64,000 bases of DNA from contig NIVC01002746.1 in NCBI GenBank assembly GCA_002269645.1, forward strand, positions 1 to 64,000, written 5' to 3'. Shown piece by piece: positions 39,147 through 52,410 of the stretch. Origin of the DNA: Macrostomum lignano (lineage: Eukaryota). The first letter of the stretch is position 1, and each line of letters opens with the position of its first letter. Under the pieces are notes generated by a model. It saw only the letters and a program-made list of their open reading frames with translations. It did no database searches and was not told the origin of the DNA. The position numbers and the translations under genes are program-made.

Positions 39147-40885
39147 CAAGCCCCGAAACCTCGAAGGGCGAGGCAAAAGAGCACAATGGAACCCCTGGAA
39201 AGCTATTAGATAGGCGAACAGAAGCAGCTTTAAGATAATTATTCAACTGTCAAGTCAATTTGAATAGCCGAATCTAATAAAGCCCCTTTTCATTCCAGTC
39301 AGTAGCGACACCCCGCCGCAGGCACAATGGCGACTAAACCGGCTGGGAAAAGCAAACTGAGCAGCGGCCAGCTTAGAGAACAACGCGGCACGCGGCATCT
39401 TCTGGCGCACCCTGAGGGAGAAAACGTGAGGCCCACCTACAGACTCCTATTCAACCCGAAGCTGCCCAAGAAGGCGAGATCAACCCCAAGCTGCCTGACA
39501 ACCGAGAGAAACAGAGGACTGTTTAATCATTCATAGACAGAGTTAAGAGACGGAAAATTAAGCTCTTTTTCTATAATCTTTCTATCCCAAATTCTATCTA
39601 ACTCAACACATAGATTTGCGAAACCCCGAGTAATCTCTAACCCTCACACTTAGCAACCTACTAGAACTAACTGAATTCATGTACAACTAGGGGACTGAGT
39701 CCCAGATTTTTATTGCTTAAAACCCCCCGCCGTTGCTAACCACGCGAAGACACCCCACCGGCGGCGGGGGAGGTCAAAAATGCTAATTGGTATAAATAGA
39801 CGCTCATCTCAAACTGGAGCGGCGCTTCGTTTTTCTTGCGCAGTTTTCGATCTCGAATTGTTCCCTTTGAATTGGCCTCTGGATTATCCAGTTGGCACAA
39901 ATCTAAGTCTTCAATACAGTTATTTGTCTTAATTGTCACGCAGAGCAAATCCGAGAAAGAGTCAAACTCAGCTTCAGATACTAGGAGATCCCGTCAGTTT
40001 ATACGGTTTTCTCTGACGGCCTGATGAGAGAAATTAGAGCTTTACGAACCTTAGACCGCTAGACATCTATCTTAAGAAAGTGAGAACACCAACTCAAAGG
40101 CTCCAGAAAAAAACGCGTATAACCAGTATTATTATAATTAAGCCATGATCCGCTTAGCAAAATATGTAGATCGTTTACAGTTTAAAGTTATTGTTTATAG
40201 CTAGTCAGATAGGCGCTCCGAGATATAAACAATTGAATGGGAGAAAAATACTTGTATTGAAAAATGCGTGTATTTGCCGATAAAAAATATATGATATCGA
40301 GGGACGGCCTTACCTAGGTAGTCTTCCATTAAAACCCGAGAGACGTACTCCATGAAAACATTGTAACTTACATTAGATAGTCACGTGAGATTGCTTGCGT
40401 ATGAAAATTACGCAATACAGAGTTACGCCAGACTTGTGTACATTGTGATAATTACGCTCATAGATGAACTCTACTGCTTGGAAGTATAAGAAAGACGATT
40501 GCAAAAATAACGAGAGCCTTGACAAAGAGATTACATTCTCTGTTTGTTGTTTTTAGTAAATATGCTGAGTTAGCTCAGTTATTATGGATAAATAATTGTT
40601 TAAATAAGAGCGTATATTTTAGAGTGATTGACCAAATATAAGTATGAAAAACAAATAAATAAATAATTCGGTATATGAAAATAAATGAAACTCTTTAACG
40701 GTAGGTTAAAAATTAAAATATTTCGTTAAAAATTTGCAATTTTCTCAACATAAAATCAAATTGTAAAGCGCCGTTTCTTCTACTCGAAAATATTGCAAAA
40801 AAAATTAAGAATGATCTAGCCATTATAAGCTGGGACAAACACGTGGTTCTACAAGAGTTGGTATTGGTACAGCAGACTCGAATAC

Positions 40886-41895
40886 CGAATATTTGAGTGG
40901 TGAATATTTTAGTAGTGAATTTTTGAGTAGTGAATATTTGAGTAGTAAATATTTGAGTAGTGAATATTTGAGTAGTGAATTTTTGAGTAGTGAATATTTG
41001 AGTAGTGAATTTTTGAGTAGTGAATATTTTAGTAGTGAATTTTTGAGTAGTGAATATTTGAGTAGTGAATATTTGAGTAGTGAATATTTGAGTAGTGAAT
41101 ATTTGAGTAGTGAATATTTGAGTAGTGAATTTTTGAGTAGTGAATATTTTAGTAGTGAATTTTTGAGTAGTGAATATTTGAGTAGTGAATTTTTGAGTAG
41201 TGAATATTTGAGTAGTGAATTTTTGAGTAGTGAATATTTGAGTAGTGAATATTTGAGTAGTGAATATTTGAGTAGTGAATATTGAGTAGTAAATATTTGA
41301 GTAGTGAATATTTGAGTAGTGAATATTTGAGTAGTAAATATTTGAGTAGTGAATATTTGAGTAGTGAATATTTGAGTAGTGAATATTTGAGTAGTAAATA
41401 TTTGAGTAGTGAATATTTGAGTAGTGAATATTTGAGTAGTGAATATTTGAGTAGTGAATATTTGAGTAGTGAATATTTGAGTAGTGAATATTTGAGTAGT
41501 GAATATTTGAGTAGTGAATATTTGAGTAGTAAATATTTGAGTAGTGAATATTTGAGTAGTGAATATTTGAGTAGTGAATATTTGAGTAGTGAATATTTGA
41601 GTAGTGAATATTTGAGTAGTAAATATTTGAGTAGTGAATATTTGAGTAGTGAATATTTGAGTAGTAAATATTTGAGTAGTGAATATTTGAGTAGTGAATA
41701 TTTGAGTAGTGAATATTTGAGTAGTGAATATTTGAGTAGTGAATATTTGAGTAGTGAATATTTGAGTAGTGAATATTTGAGTAGTAAATATTTGAGTAGT
41801 GAATATTTGAGTAGTGAATATTTGAGTAGTGAATATTTGAGTAGTGAATATTTGAGTAGTGAATATTGAGTAGTGAATATTTAAGTAGTGAATAG
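40886..41895. repeat. 15-bp minisatellite GAGTAGTGAATATTT, about 67 units
   Basis: Seen directly. The paralogous site at about 47865-47930 has only about 4 units. Confidence 0.97.
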
Positions 41896-42065
41896 TAAAT
41901 ATTCAAATAATGAACAGTGAATATTTGTCTGCTTGTTGAATTTCTTCCGAAAACATTGTCTCAGCAATCGTTAGAACGAATTAAAGTTCATGAATTCCAT
42001 CAGCGTTTGCTAGCTGTTCAATTCAACGTCCAACGAGCCGTTTTTGCCCAGTGAAAAAAACCATT

Positions 42066-43294
42066 TTAGTCCGAATTGCACAGCTTCCGGATTAGCTCAA
42101 ACTCGATCAGGCTGAGCATCTTGGTGCTCATTCCGTAGCAGCTCATGCTGCCGCTAAGACTTTTGGAATCCATCTTACCTTGGCCAAGATGCAGACACCC
42201 GAAATCGCTTGGAGAATACAAGCCTCCGGATGGAAATAAGCCAGCAGGTGTCACAGAGTCATTCAAGAAAAATCCCTGGTTAGAGAGGCCGCCAAAAGCA
42301 AATCCTGTTGACATTTGGTGCTGCAGGCCGTCAGTGGGCAAGACAGAGGGTGACGAATAATAGAAACCAAGAACAGAACCGTTGCTTAATAAATGCGTTG
42401 TTTGCAAAGTTAATTTATTGTTCCACTTGTAAAGCGAGTTTCCGGCATACACCTGGGTCCCGCAGCGCAGGAAACGATGGTAGTAAACCCACCTGCAGAT
42501 CATAATTGATGGTCAGAATATGATAATGTTTTTTTAGAAAATAATTGGAACTATTTTACCATGCTTTCATTGGGGTATTTAAACAGTTAAACTTACCCAG
42601 CATCAAAAATGTGCTTTACTTGAAAATAGATGGAGTATTCAGTAGCAGAGTCCAGAAGCTTCTCAAAACCGGGAGTCTCAGTGCTCAGGTAGGAGCTCCT
42701 GTTGCCCTTGAAGTGAGCACCTGCTGCATCAATTGTCACGTCGTGAGCCTTGAGACAGGACAGTCTCGGGTTGACCTCATTCTTCAGACCGCTCCGAGAG
42801 AACTTGTAGAACAGCTTCAGCTTGAGCTGTTTCACCAGCGGCTCAGAAGTTTCTGCAGTGATAAATGCATAATGAGTTTAAACAAAAAAATGATTTTATT
42901 GGAGAGACGCAGAGCTGTCAAGACAGCAGCCACCGAGCCGCTCACCGCAGTCTCCGCACAGCACATCGGTGTACTTGTAAGAGTCGCAGTCGCCGTCAGT
43001 CCATTGCTCGAGTTGGGAACACGCGTCTCCATGGTAACACAGGCGGGTGGCGATGTCGAAGTGGAATGCGTTGCAGGTGGGCAGTCGGGAGCAGGCGGCG
43101 GCGCACTGCAGCTTGCTGGCCAGGCGGTGCGGCAGCGGAGAGGCGGCCGCGGTGGGACAGCGTCGGGTCTTCTCGAATGCCAGCACATCGGTGGCCGAGA
43201 CACAGCAGGCCATGTCACTCAGGCAGAGCAGCAAGAGAAGTGGAGCTCGCAGCTCAGCAAGACTCAAGCGAAACTTACATGCAAAAAGCTTCAT
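42066..43294 (-). CDS. PAN + LamG-like protein, copy B (intact, about 343 aa)
   Basis: Exons 43294-42946, 42852-42597, 42492-42066; donors GTGAGC and GTAAGT; frame open throughout. Confidence 0.8.
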
Positions 43295-45804
43295 TTTGAA
43301 TTCAAGACGCTAATTCTTAATCTACCACAGAAGACTTCTGCAGCTTTCTTAATGCATTTTATGCAACCCGCGATGGATGCAAAAAAGAAGTTTTCTTTCA
43401 TTATGCTTGTATCCGGTTGTCTCTGCACTGGTCTCTGGGATGGTAATAGCCTGGTAGCTTTTAAATCTTAGCGTTGACTGGGCCTAGCAAAGTCCCCGTA
43501 TTCTGGCAGGAAACTCACCAGCAACCTCAGACCAGCTCAGGAAGAAGCAGACAATTTGAAGTAAAGATATCTCCAGTAGAGTTTTTGCTTTTCCGCTTTT
43601 GTTGCGAAAGAAGAAACTTTTTACTGATGCATTTCTCGCATATGTTGAAGCCATGAACGGCTTCTAGCGTTTGTTCTAGCTATTTTCGCTTACTCAAACA
43701 ATCCACTATAGCCCCTATAGAAGATTGACTGACGAGTGACAACGTTTGAGTCGGACAATATCCCGCTAGTGTTGCGGCCGTCACTGCATCACTCTGAAGT
43801 TCTGAGCACAGAGCAACTCGTAAAATTAACGGAATTTGGCTGAAAGTTTATGATGGAAAACTTTGCACAGACTGATTGTTCACGGTCGTTTGTTAAAATC
43901 ATTCAATTTTTCAAATGCTATTCAGTCCCATGCTGTGGTTCTGTTGCAGAAAATTCGACAAATACAATTATGAGACGTTATAACTCACTAGTGGCGACAG
44001 CGGACCCCAATCAAACTGATTGCCAATGATTTTTATCGTTTAAATCGATCGACGATTCAAGACTTGCTTTATGTAAGCTAGATCGCGGCTACTAACTAGT
44101 AGCTGGCGAAAAAAGAATACAAAGTAAAGCTTCTGCAGTTTCGGGAAACGGATGTTGGAGCGGATCATTTCAAAAGTCTACGTGTATGAAAGTGAGGACT
44201 GTATAGCTTGCTCTTGCGGTTAAGACCGGCTAAAAGCAGTCGGAGTTAGAAACCGCGGTCCCTGACTTACTTTGTATGCAAGTTTGAATCTTCCATTTGA
44301 TAGACACTCGATCCATGGAAACATTTTAACCTATATTAAATAGTTAGGTGTGGTGCTTCCATATAAACATGACGCAATACAGAGTTCGCAAGGATTTAGC
44401 ACCTTGTGTCCTGTGTCCTTGTTTCTGTCCACAGAACACTTCAGTGGTTCTGTCTAAATGTCAATTTTCTACGCATTAATCACAATGTAAAGAGAAAATG
44501 TTAATATTGACTCGCGAATCTTACTAACTTACTTGCAAATACACTGAAAGTTTGATACAAGAATCTTACAAAAGACCGTCGATGGACAGCATGGTTTGGG
44601 AAGTGGAGAAGAGCGCAAATCTGATTCCAAGTAACGCCAAGCCAAAATCCGCCTGTCGAAAAAGGGATGATTTCCACAGGCATCTTTTTATGCGCCCGAA
44701 CGCGGCAACGCGCACACAACTGTCAAGAAGACAGGCTAATTTTTGTTGCACACCTCAAACAAGAATCAAGTCGCCAGCCTTCCGGACTGTCGAGATATTC
44801 AACGATTTTGCCAAAAAGTCGAATTTTTCCTTGAGCATTTAAGTATTCAACAGAATCAGCACTGCCGAGCCTCAAAATTTCATCAGCTCGTTGCCCACTC
44901 CGCCTTCTGGTGATTATGCTGATTATGGACAACCTGTTGCGAATTTTTTTAGTTTTGCTGATGATCAAGCCTCGACCGTGGGCAAGTCTCAGCTGGTGAC
45001 CATACTCTGAAAAACCTGCTTGTTATGTTTTCAGGTTACTTCAGTATGCTTAAGACGTTAGTTATTAGTGCTGATATCATAGCAGACTTTTACGCTGCTC
45101 CAAGGTTCTTAGCCTTGCTCTTATTTCTCTTTATTTAACATTCTCACAGCGGGCTTTTAACCCAAGCCTGTTTTGCAGCTTCATTTAGTCCATAGATAAA
45201 ACAAAACGCGTCAAAATGCATATGCAATTAAAATAATATCAAGATTATAGTCACGTCATATCACTGCTCGCCATGGACTCATCGTCGACTGTTAGCAGCG
45301 TCTGGTTCGAGACCGAGAGACGGTTAGAAAAATCAGTTTCATTGCTTAGATTCATATCTAATTTGAACAAAATCGTAAACTTTTTTATTAGTAAAATTAA
45401 TTATTTAAAATATCCCATACTGCTCAAGTTAAAATTGTGAGTTTTAGAAAGGTTGCTATGAGAGTGCAAGTGCTTACAGTACTTTTGATTGTTAAATTTT
45501 CCTGGCTGATATACTAAAAATATTTTAGTGTTTTAATCATAATAAATGGATTCAGATATTTAATTAGATAAGAAGAATGGGTGTAAGCAGGCATTATCGA
45601 CTCTGCATGGTTTAACAAAATATAGTCGTAGTGCAACGACAGATTATAGTTAAAATAATTTTTAGAAAAAGCAGAGATATTAACTTCTACCTGAGTACTA
45701 CGAAGAAATATTTCTAATGGTAGTTGGATGTTAAAATGTAATAAAAAGATTCGTTTCACTTGAGTTAACCGTGGTGCTTCATCTGTGATTTAACTACTGC
45801 TGAG

Positions 45805-46905
45805 TCAGTAGTCAGTGCAGAGCTGATCCAGATGCTGAAACTCACTCAGGCTCCACGCTTTATCGCTGAACCAGAAGCAGTGCATCGTGCCGTTGAGGTT
45901 CTGGCTACCAGATCCAGCCTTGCCCAGAGTTAGACATTCGAAGAAACGAGAGTACATGGACAAATCATTTCCTGATGTCATCGCTTGAACATGGTCCACA
46001 AATGCAGTTGAGCCTTTTGAATAAAAGTGCGATGGTGCCACACGTTAAAGCATATCCAGCTGTGATGGTCGCTCGCCTCCCATCGGTAGGCAAAACTGCG
46101 GCCGAGTGGCCGATTAGTCCAGTAATCGATGATTCGGTTTTCCAAGTTCGAGTTCAAGAAAGAATGCACCGGTTCATCGAAAGTTGCGACTCAATAAGTG
46201 TGTAATAAAATACGAGCGTATAAGAGCAACCAATCATAACTGTAAATCCGCTTTACTTCTACTTCGTATTCGGGGCTTGTGCACCAAAAACTCATATTGA
46301 CGAACACCAAGGCACCGAGAGAGTACGTGCCTGGTGATATAAAAATAAACCATTGTGAATTACACAATCCTACTGAAAATACCGGTATTATCATAGATCG
46401 TTTACAGTTTATAGTTACTGTTTACAGCTCGTCACATAGCCACAGACAATGGAGTGGGAGAAAAGCACTTACCCGGTTTCGAAGGCGTGTCGGATACTAA
46501 CAAAAGCCAAGAATTCAAAAGGTTTTGGCTGGAGAAATTCGTTCAACTAGAGAGTCTCAGTACTCAGAAAGGAACCAGAGTTGCCAGCAAAGTGAGCACC
46601 GGCTGCATCAACTGTCACATCGTGAGCCCTGAGACAGGACAGTCTCGGGTTGACCTCATTCTTCAGACCGCTCCGAGAGAACTTGTAGAACAGCTTCAGC
46701 TTGAGCTGTTTCACCAGCGGCTCAGAAGACTCAGCAATGATAAATGCATAATCAGTTTAAACAAAGTAAATGATTTCATTGGAGAGACGCAGAGCTGTCA
46801 AGACAGCAGCCGCTGAGCCGCTCAACGCAATCTCCGCAAAGCACATCGGTGTACTTGTAAAAGTCGCAGTCACCGTCAGTCCATTGCTCGAGTTTGGAAC
46901 ACTTT
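45805..46905 (-). pseudogene. PAN-LamG copy C, pseudogene
   Basis: Exon 1 is 5'-truncated. Intron-1 donor GT>TT and acceptor CAG>CTG. In-frame TAG at 46549-46547 in exon 2. Stops and a frameshift in exon 3. Confidence 0.85.
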
Positions 46906-48101
46906 GAGTCAGACAATTGCCTCTGTTGCTACATCATTCGGAATTGTTCTGAATAAAGTCTGAGTACAGAGAGCGACTTCGTTCAAACAAAATTTGACAG
47001 AATGGCGATTTCTGCTCAGACTTGATTTTTCACACGAGTCTTTTGCATGTGAGTATTTGCCGATAAAAAATAGATGATCGAGGGACGGGCTTACCTCGCC
47101 AGTAGTGTCGACAGCAGACCTCAATCAAACACGGACTGTCAGGCAATTCTAAGACTTGCACCCATTTTACAAAGATCGTTTCAAAATATTCATCTGACAA
47201 TGGGACTGTACGAGAAAGCTTGCTCTTGCGGTTGAAGTCAGTTTGCTCAAAGTCTTGGCGAGGCTAGATATCGGTCTTACTTTATTTGTATTGAGTTTGA
47301 GTCTTCCATTAAAACCCGAGAGACGTACTCCATGAAAACATTGTAACTTACATTAGATAGTCACGTGAGATTGCTTGCGTATGAAAATTACGCAATACAG
47401 AGTTACGCCAGACTTGTGTACATTGTGATAATTACTCTTTTTAGATGAACTCTATTGCTTGGAAGTATAAGAAAGACGGTTGCAAAGAGAAAGAGAGCCT
47501 TGACAAAGAGTTTACCTTCTCTGTTTGTGTTGTTTTTAGTAAATATGCTCAGTTGGGTCAGTTATTATGGATAAAAAATTGTGTATATAAGAGCGTATAT
47601 TTTAGAGTGATTGACCAAATAAGTATGAAAAACAAATAAATAAATAATTCGGTATATGAAAATAAATGACACTCTTAAACGGTAGTTTGAAATATTTCGT
47701 TAAAAAATTGCAATTTTCTCAACAAAAAATCATATTGTAAAGCGCTGTGTCTTCAACTCACGAAAATATTGCAAAACAATTTTAAGAATGACCTAGCTAT
47801 TAGAAGCTGGGACAAGCACGTGGTTCTACCAGAGTTGGTATTGGTACAACAGACTCGAATAGCGAATATTTGAGTAGTGAATATTTGAGTAGTGAATATT
47901 TGAGTAAAGTGAATATTTGAGTAGTGAATAGTAAATATTCAAATAATGAACAGTGAATATTTGTCTGCTTGTTAAAGTTCTTCCCAAAAACATTGTCTCA
48001 GCAATCGTTAAAACAAATTAAAGTTCATGAATTCCATCAGCGTTTGCTAGCTGTTCAATTCAACGTCCAGAAAACCGTTTTTGCCCAGGTAACAAACCAT
48101 T

Positions 48102-49318
48102 TTAGTCCGAATCGCACAGCTTCCGGATTTGCTCAAACTCGTTCAGGCTGAGCATCTTGGTGCTCATTCCGTAGCAGCTCATGCTGCCGCTAAGACTGCT
48201 GGAATCCATCTTAGCTTGGCCAAGATGCAGACACCCGAAATCGCTTTGAGAATACAAGCCTCCTGATGGAAATAAGCCAGCAGGTGTCACAGAGTCATTC
48301 AAGAAAAATCCCTGGTTAGAGAGGCCGCCAAACGCAAATCCAGTTGACATTTGGTGCTGCAGACCGTCAGTGGGCAAGACAGAGGGTGACGAATAATAAA
48401 AACCCAGAACAGTGCCGTTGCTTAATAAATGTGTTGTTTGCAAAGTGAATTTACTACTCAACTTGTAAAGCAAGTTTCCGGCATACATCTGGTTCCCGCA
48501 GCGCAGGAAACGGTGGTAGAAAATTCGCCTGCAGATCATTGATGGTCAGAATATGGTAACGGCTTTTTAAAAGAAAATTGGAACTAAAATAACATGCTTT
48601 TATCGGGGTAATTAAGCAGTTAAACTTACCCACTGGAATGAAAATCGTGGTTTACTTGAAAATAGATAGAGTACTCAGAAGCAGAGTCTAGAAGCTTCTC
48701 AAAACCAGGAGTCTCAGTGCTCAGGTAGGAGCTTGTATTGCCTTTAAAGTGAGCACCAGCTGCATCAATTGTCACATCGTGAGCCCTGAGACAGGACAGT
48801 CTCGGGTTGACCTCATTCTTCAGACCACTCCGAGAGAACTTGTAGAACAGCTTTAGCTTGAGCTGTTTCACCAGCGGCTCAGAAGACTCTGCAGTGATAA
48901 ATGCATAATCAATTTTCCTACAAAGTAAATGACTTCATTGGAGCAATACGCTCGTAGAATTGTCAAGACAGCAGCCGCTGAGCCGCTCACCGCAGTCTCC
49001 GCAAAGCACATCGGTGTACTTGTAAGAGTCGCAGTCGCCGTCAGTCCATTGCTCGACTTGGGAACACGCGTCTCCATGGTAACACAGGCGGGTGGTGATG
49101 TTGAAGTGGAATGCGTTGCAGGTGGGCAGTCGGGAGCAGGCGGCGGCGCACTGCAGCTTACTGGCCAGGCGGTGCCGCAGCGGAGAGGCGTCTGCGGTGG
49201 GACACTTTTTAACAGTCACGAAGGACACGAGCTGGCTGCCAGCAGCCGGGCCCAGGCAGGGCAACAAAAATAGCAGCATCAGAACCGCCATGCAACTCGA
49301 GACTCTGTACCAATGCAT
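48102..49318 (-). CDS. PAN + LamG-like protein, copy D (intact, about 337 aa)
   Basis: Exons 49318-48991, 48888-48630, 48528-48102. Signal MHWYRVSSCMAVLMLLFLLPCLGPAAG; exon 3 closely related to copy B. Confidence 0.8.
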
Positions 49319-51390
49319 TGTGAGAACTCCGATCGCGATGCGAAATTCGGCTCACAACTGATGCTTTTAAGCTGTCAGAAAGATATCGATCTGGTTTGGT
49401 GAAGAAAAACGTCCGTATGCAATGATTGTCAGCTCAACTGCTTTCCGGAAGTCTGAATCAGCAATTCCCGTCTCGACTTTCAGCGAGTGAGCTTTCTTTA
49501 CATCCATTTTGTTCGATTTGAAAGAGACATCGGCAGTTGATCAGGTCTGGAACAATTGCAAAGCAAGCATTCAGACAGTCGTCACTGTTGCGAAGACAAT
49601 GGACGCATCAGGGTCGCTTTTCTATGCAAGGGGTGGTAAAAGCATCACATGACTGTATGACTAGGCTCCAGAATTTTCAGGTTTACCTTAAAACCTTTCC
49701 CAGGCACATAAATGTAGCTGTTGGAGTTGCGGCTCCCCATGGCATCGCATGTGTTGTCACTTTTCTCCATCACTGCTCTCTGATTTCCGCAGGCAAACAC
49801 ACGCACGCGCTGTCTGTCTTACAAACATTGAGAGTCTGGTCCTTTTCCGTGATTGTGGGGAAGACTTGGTCTGAAAAAGCGCTGTTTTGTCAAAAAGTTT
49901 CAGACATTTCGGAACACTTTCAGACACGAAGAATGGCCGACTGGAAAAAAAGTATTAGGAAAACAAGCGACAGGTCAAAGGACCTGAGGGATACTACTTG
50001 CAGCAGACAAACAACACTCGTAGTGGATCTAGATAACTCCGAACTTTAAACGGAGGTCATACTCGGATGTTCAAAAGATTAGAATAGCTATTGTGAACTT
50101 TTGAATTCTTATAAACTCTCTCAAAGACCACTAGAAGTTACCGTTGTTTCCGGATGTAACTTTTGAAGTCCCACTTGTTTGCATTGCAGCTAAACTTTAA
50201 ATGCTCATAACTCTAAATCTGTCGAATAGAATGCATTTTCGAAAGCAAGCATCGCTAAATACACGTGAGCAATTGCGTTTTTTTAGTCTACGAGCGTACA
50301 TTTGTTACATACAACTATAGCAGGACTGAGAAATATTTCTCAGTCCTTGTTTGGGGACTGATAAATAGTTCTCAGTCCTCCTACAACCGATAAATTACAA
50401 TAGAAGTTGTTGTGTCTCGGGAAAAGGATGAGACTGGGAAAGAGGCGAGAAATGCACTTTCTGTAGGTTAACTTCCAATAATTTAGCAATATTTATGAGT
50501 CTTACGTCCTGATACAATAATAACTTCTAGGTGGTCCTTGGACTCTCTTTCTCACCAAGAAATTTCGCAGCGAAAGTCGGAAATTTGTTAGTACTAATCA
50601 ACTTTATACATCCACAACTAGTGATCTTTGGGTTGAATGATTCCAAAACTATATTGAATTTGTATATCGTACAAAATCGAAGTAAAAAAGTCGATTTGAC
50701 TGATTTGTTTTGTCCTTTTGGCCGTTGAACACATAGATAATGCTGGACTCGAAAGCTGGTGAATGTTTAAAACCCGTTAGCCCTAATGATGGCAGTTAGT
50801 GAACAATATTAATAGCGACTCTACAATGCACAAAGTATTATCATTAGGTAAAAAATGTGTTTTTTTTACGAATTTACACTGCTGCAGAGTTGGTGGCGAA
50901 ATTGTCAGTAAATATTGAAGGTTTTTGCTGAGAGAGTTTACTTAACGGATAGCCCAATACGAGTGCAAATGCATTCTAACAGCCTGCAGTTAGTATATGG
51001 ACTAGCTCTGTGCCCTTGTGCCTTGGCAAAAAGTCGATGAGAGTTGATTGTTTCCGGAAATATTTAAACTTAAATTTTTAACGTATTTTTAACGTACACA
51101 CTTCTTTGCACAGGTCTGCACATCACTTGCACATCACATCAGATGCCCCTACTATGCGTACAGCCGATCCCGACGCCAGCCGAATCCTTTTTGATGTTCC
51201 CATGGTTCCGTTCCTTGCCTATTGTAAGCGCCTGATCACCCAAAACCCAAAGTGCAAAATTTTGTTAGGCCTCAATTGTTATATTAAACGCTTGATATCG
51301 TTGTTTATTTAATCGAGGAGTGAACGAGCCTTAAGCCTCAGATCCTTAGAAATCCATGCAAAATCGGCTTTGGGTAACTTAAATCAAGTC

Positions 51391-52410
51391 TCAATCGGTT
51401 TCACACAGCCGCTCAACCGCAGCAAAGTCAGCTAATCCGAAGGCTTTTGCAGCCAGACCGTAGCAGGCCATGCTGCCCTTCAGGCATTTCTCCTGGAAGC
51501 TGTGGTAGCCCAGCCGAAGGCAGTGAAACTCCTCACGTGGCACCGGAGAAAACCCGCCGCTTAACGCATCAATCATTGACAGTGCGCCGTTGAAGTAGAA
51601 GTGCATCTGTTTCTTAGCTGAGAAGACAACGCCAATCGACAGTTTGCGCAAAGCATCGGTGGTGTCAAGAAGCTCTGAGGATGACGCCCGAAGGTACCCA
51701 GCGCCATCGAAGCGAACGGTCCAGGCCGCGTAGTTGTAGATGCCACCGAGACTGCGGCCGAATGTGTTCGCCGGAGTGCTCGTCTCGTCTTTGCATAGCT
51801 GGTAGCGATGGTAGATTGTGTTGCTGTGGCGCAAAGAGAGGTGTTTAAAATGCCTTACTAATCAGAATCTACCTTATTGAATTGTTCTTTATAACAACTC
51901 ACACGCCTTCCATTGCATCAGCGAACTTCAAAAAGAAGGAGTAGTTCTTTCCATAGTCCAGAAGCTTCTCAAAACCAGGAGTTTCAGTGCTCAGGTAGGA
52001 GCTTGTATTGCCTTTAAAGTGAGCACCAGCTGCATCAATTGTTACATCGTAAGCCTTGAGACAGGACATTCTCGGGTTGACCTCATTCTTCAGACCGCTC
52101 CGAGAGAACTTGTAGAACAGCTTCAGCTTGAGCTGTTTCACCAGGGGCTCAGAAGACTCTGCAATGTTAATTTTGTAATCAATCTTTTTTGATTAATTGT
52201 AAATGATTTCATCGGAGCGATAGAATAATAGGCGGCGGCGCACTGCAGCTTACTGGCCAGGCGGTGCCGCAGCGGAGAGGCGTCTGCGGTGGGACACTTT
52301 TTAACAGTCACGAAGGACACGAGCTGGCTGCCAGCAGCCGGGCCCAGGCAGGGCAACAAAAATAGCAGCATCAGAACCGCCATGCAACTCGAGACTCTGT
52401 ACCAATGCAT
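51391..52410 (-). pseudogene. PAN-LamG copy E: exon 1 truncated, intron-1 donor lost
   Basis: The D-type 5' end stops after LQCAAA and runs into intron-like sequence. Exons 52158-51903 and 51823-51391 are intact and nearly identical to copy F. Confidence 0.75.

Noticed and set aside
39985-40050. Hairpin followed by CTGATGA (hammerhead ribozyme candidate)
   Set aside because: There is an extra base before the core, and stems II and III cannot be formed.
40713-41906. 397-aa SNIHY/TTQIF ORF
   Set aside because: Translation of the 15-bp minisatellite.
42545-43471. 308-aa + strand ORF, and 241-aa ORF 56501-57226 (-)
   Set aside because: Antisense shadows of the spliced PAN-LamG genes.
49480-50049. 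170-aa + ORF and a PAN-like DDCLNAC..NC stretch on the - strand
   Set aside because: The duplicate at about 52.5-53.1 kb is frameshifted, and the minus-strand motif is short and bounded by stops.
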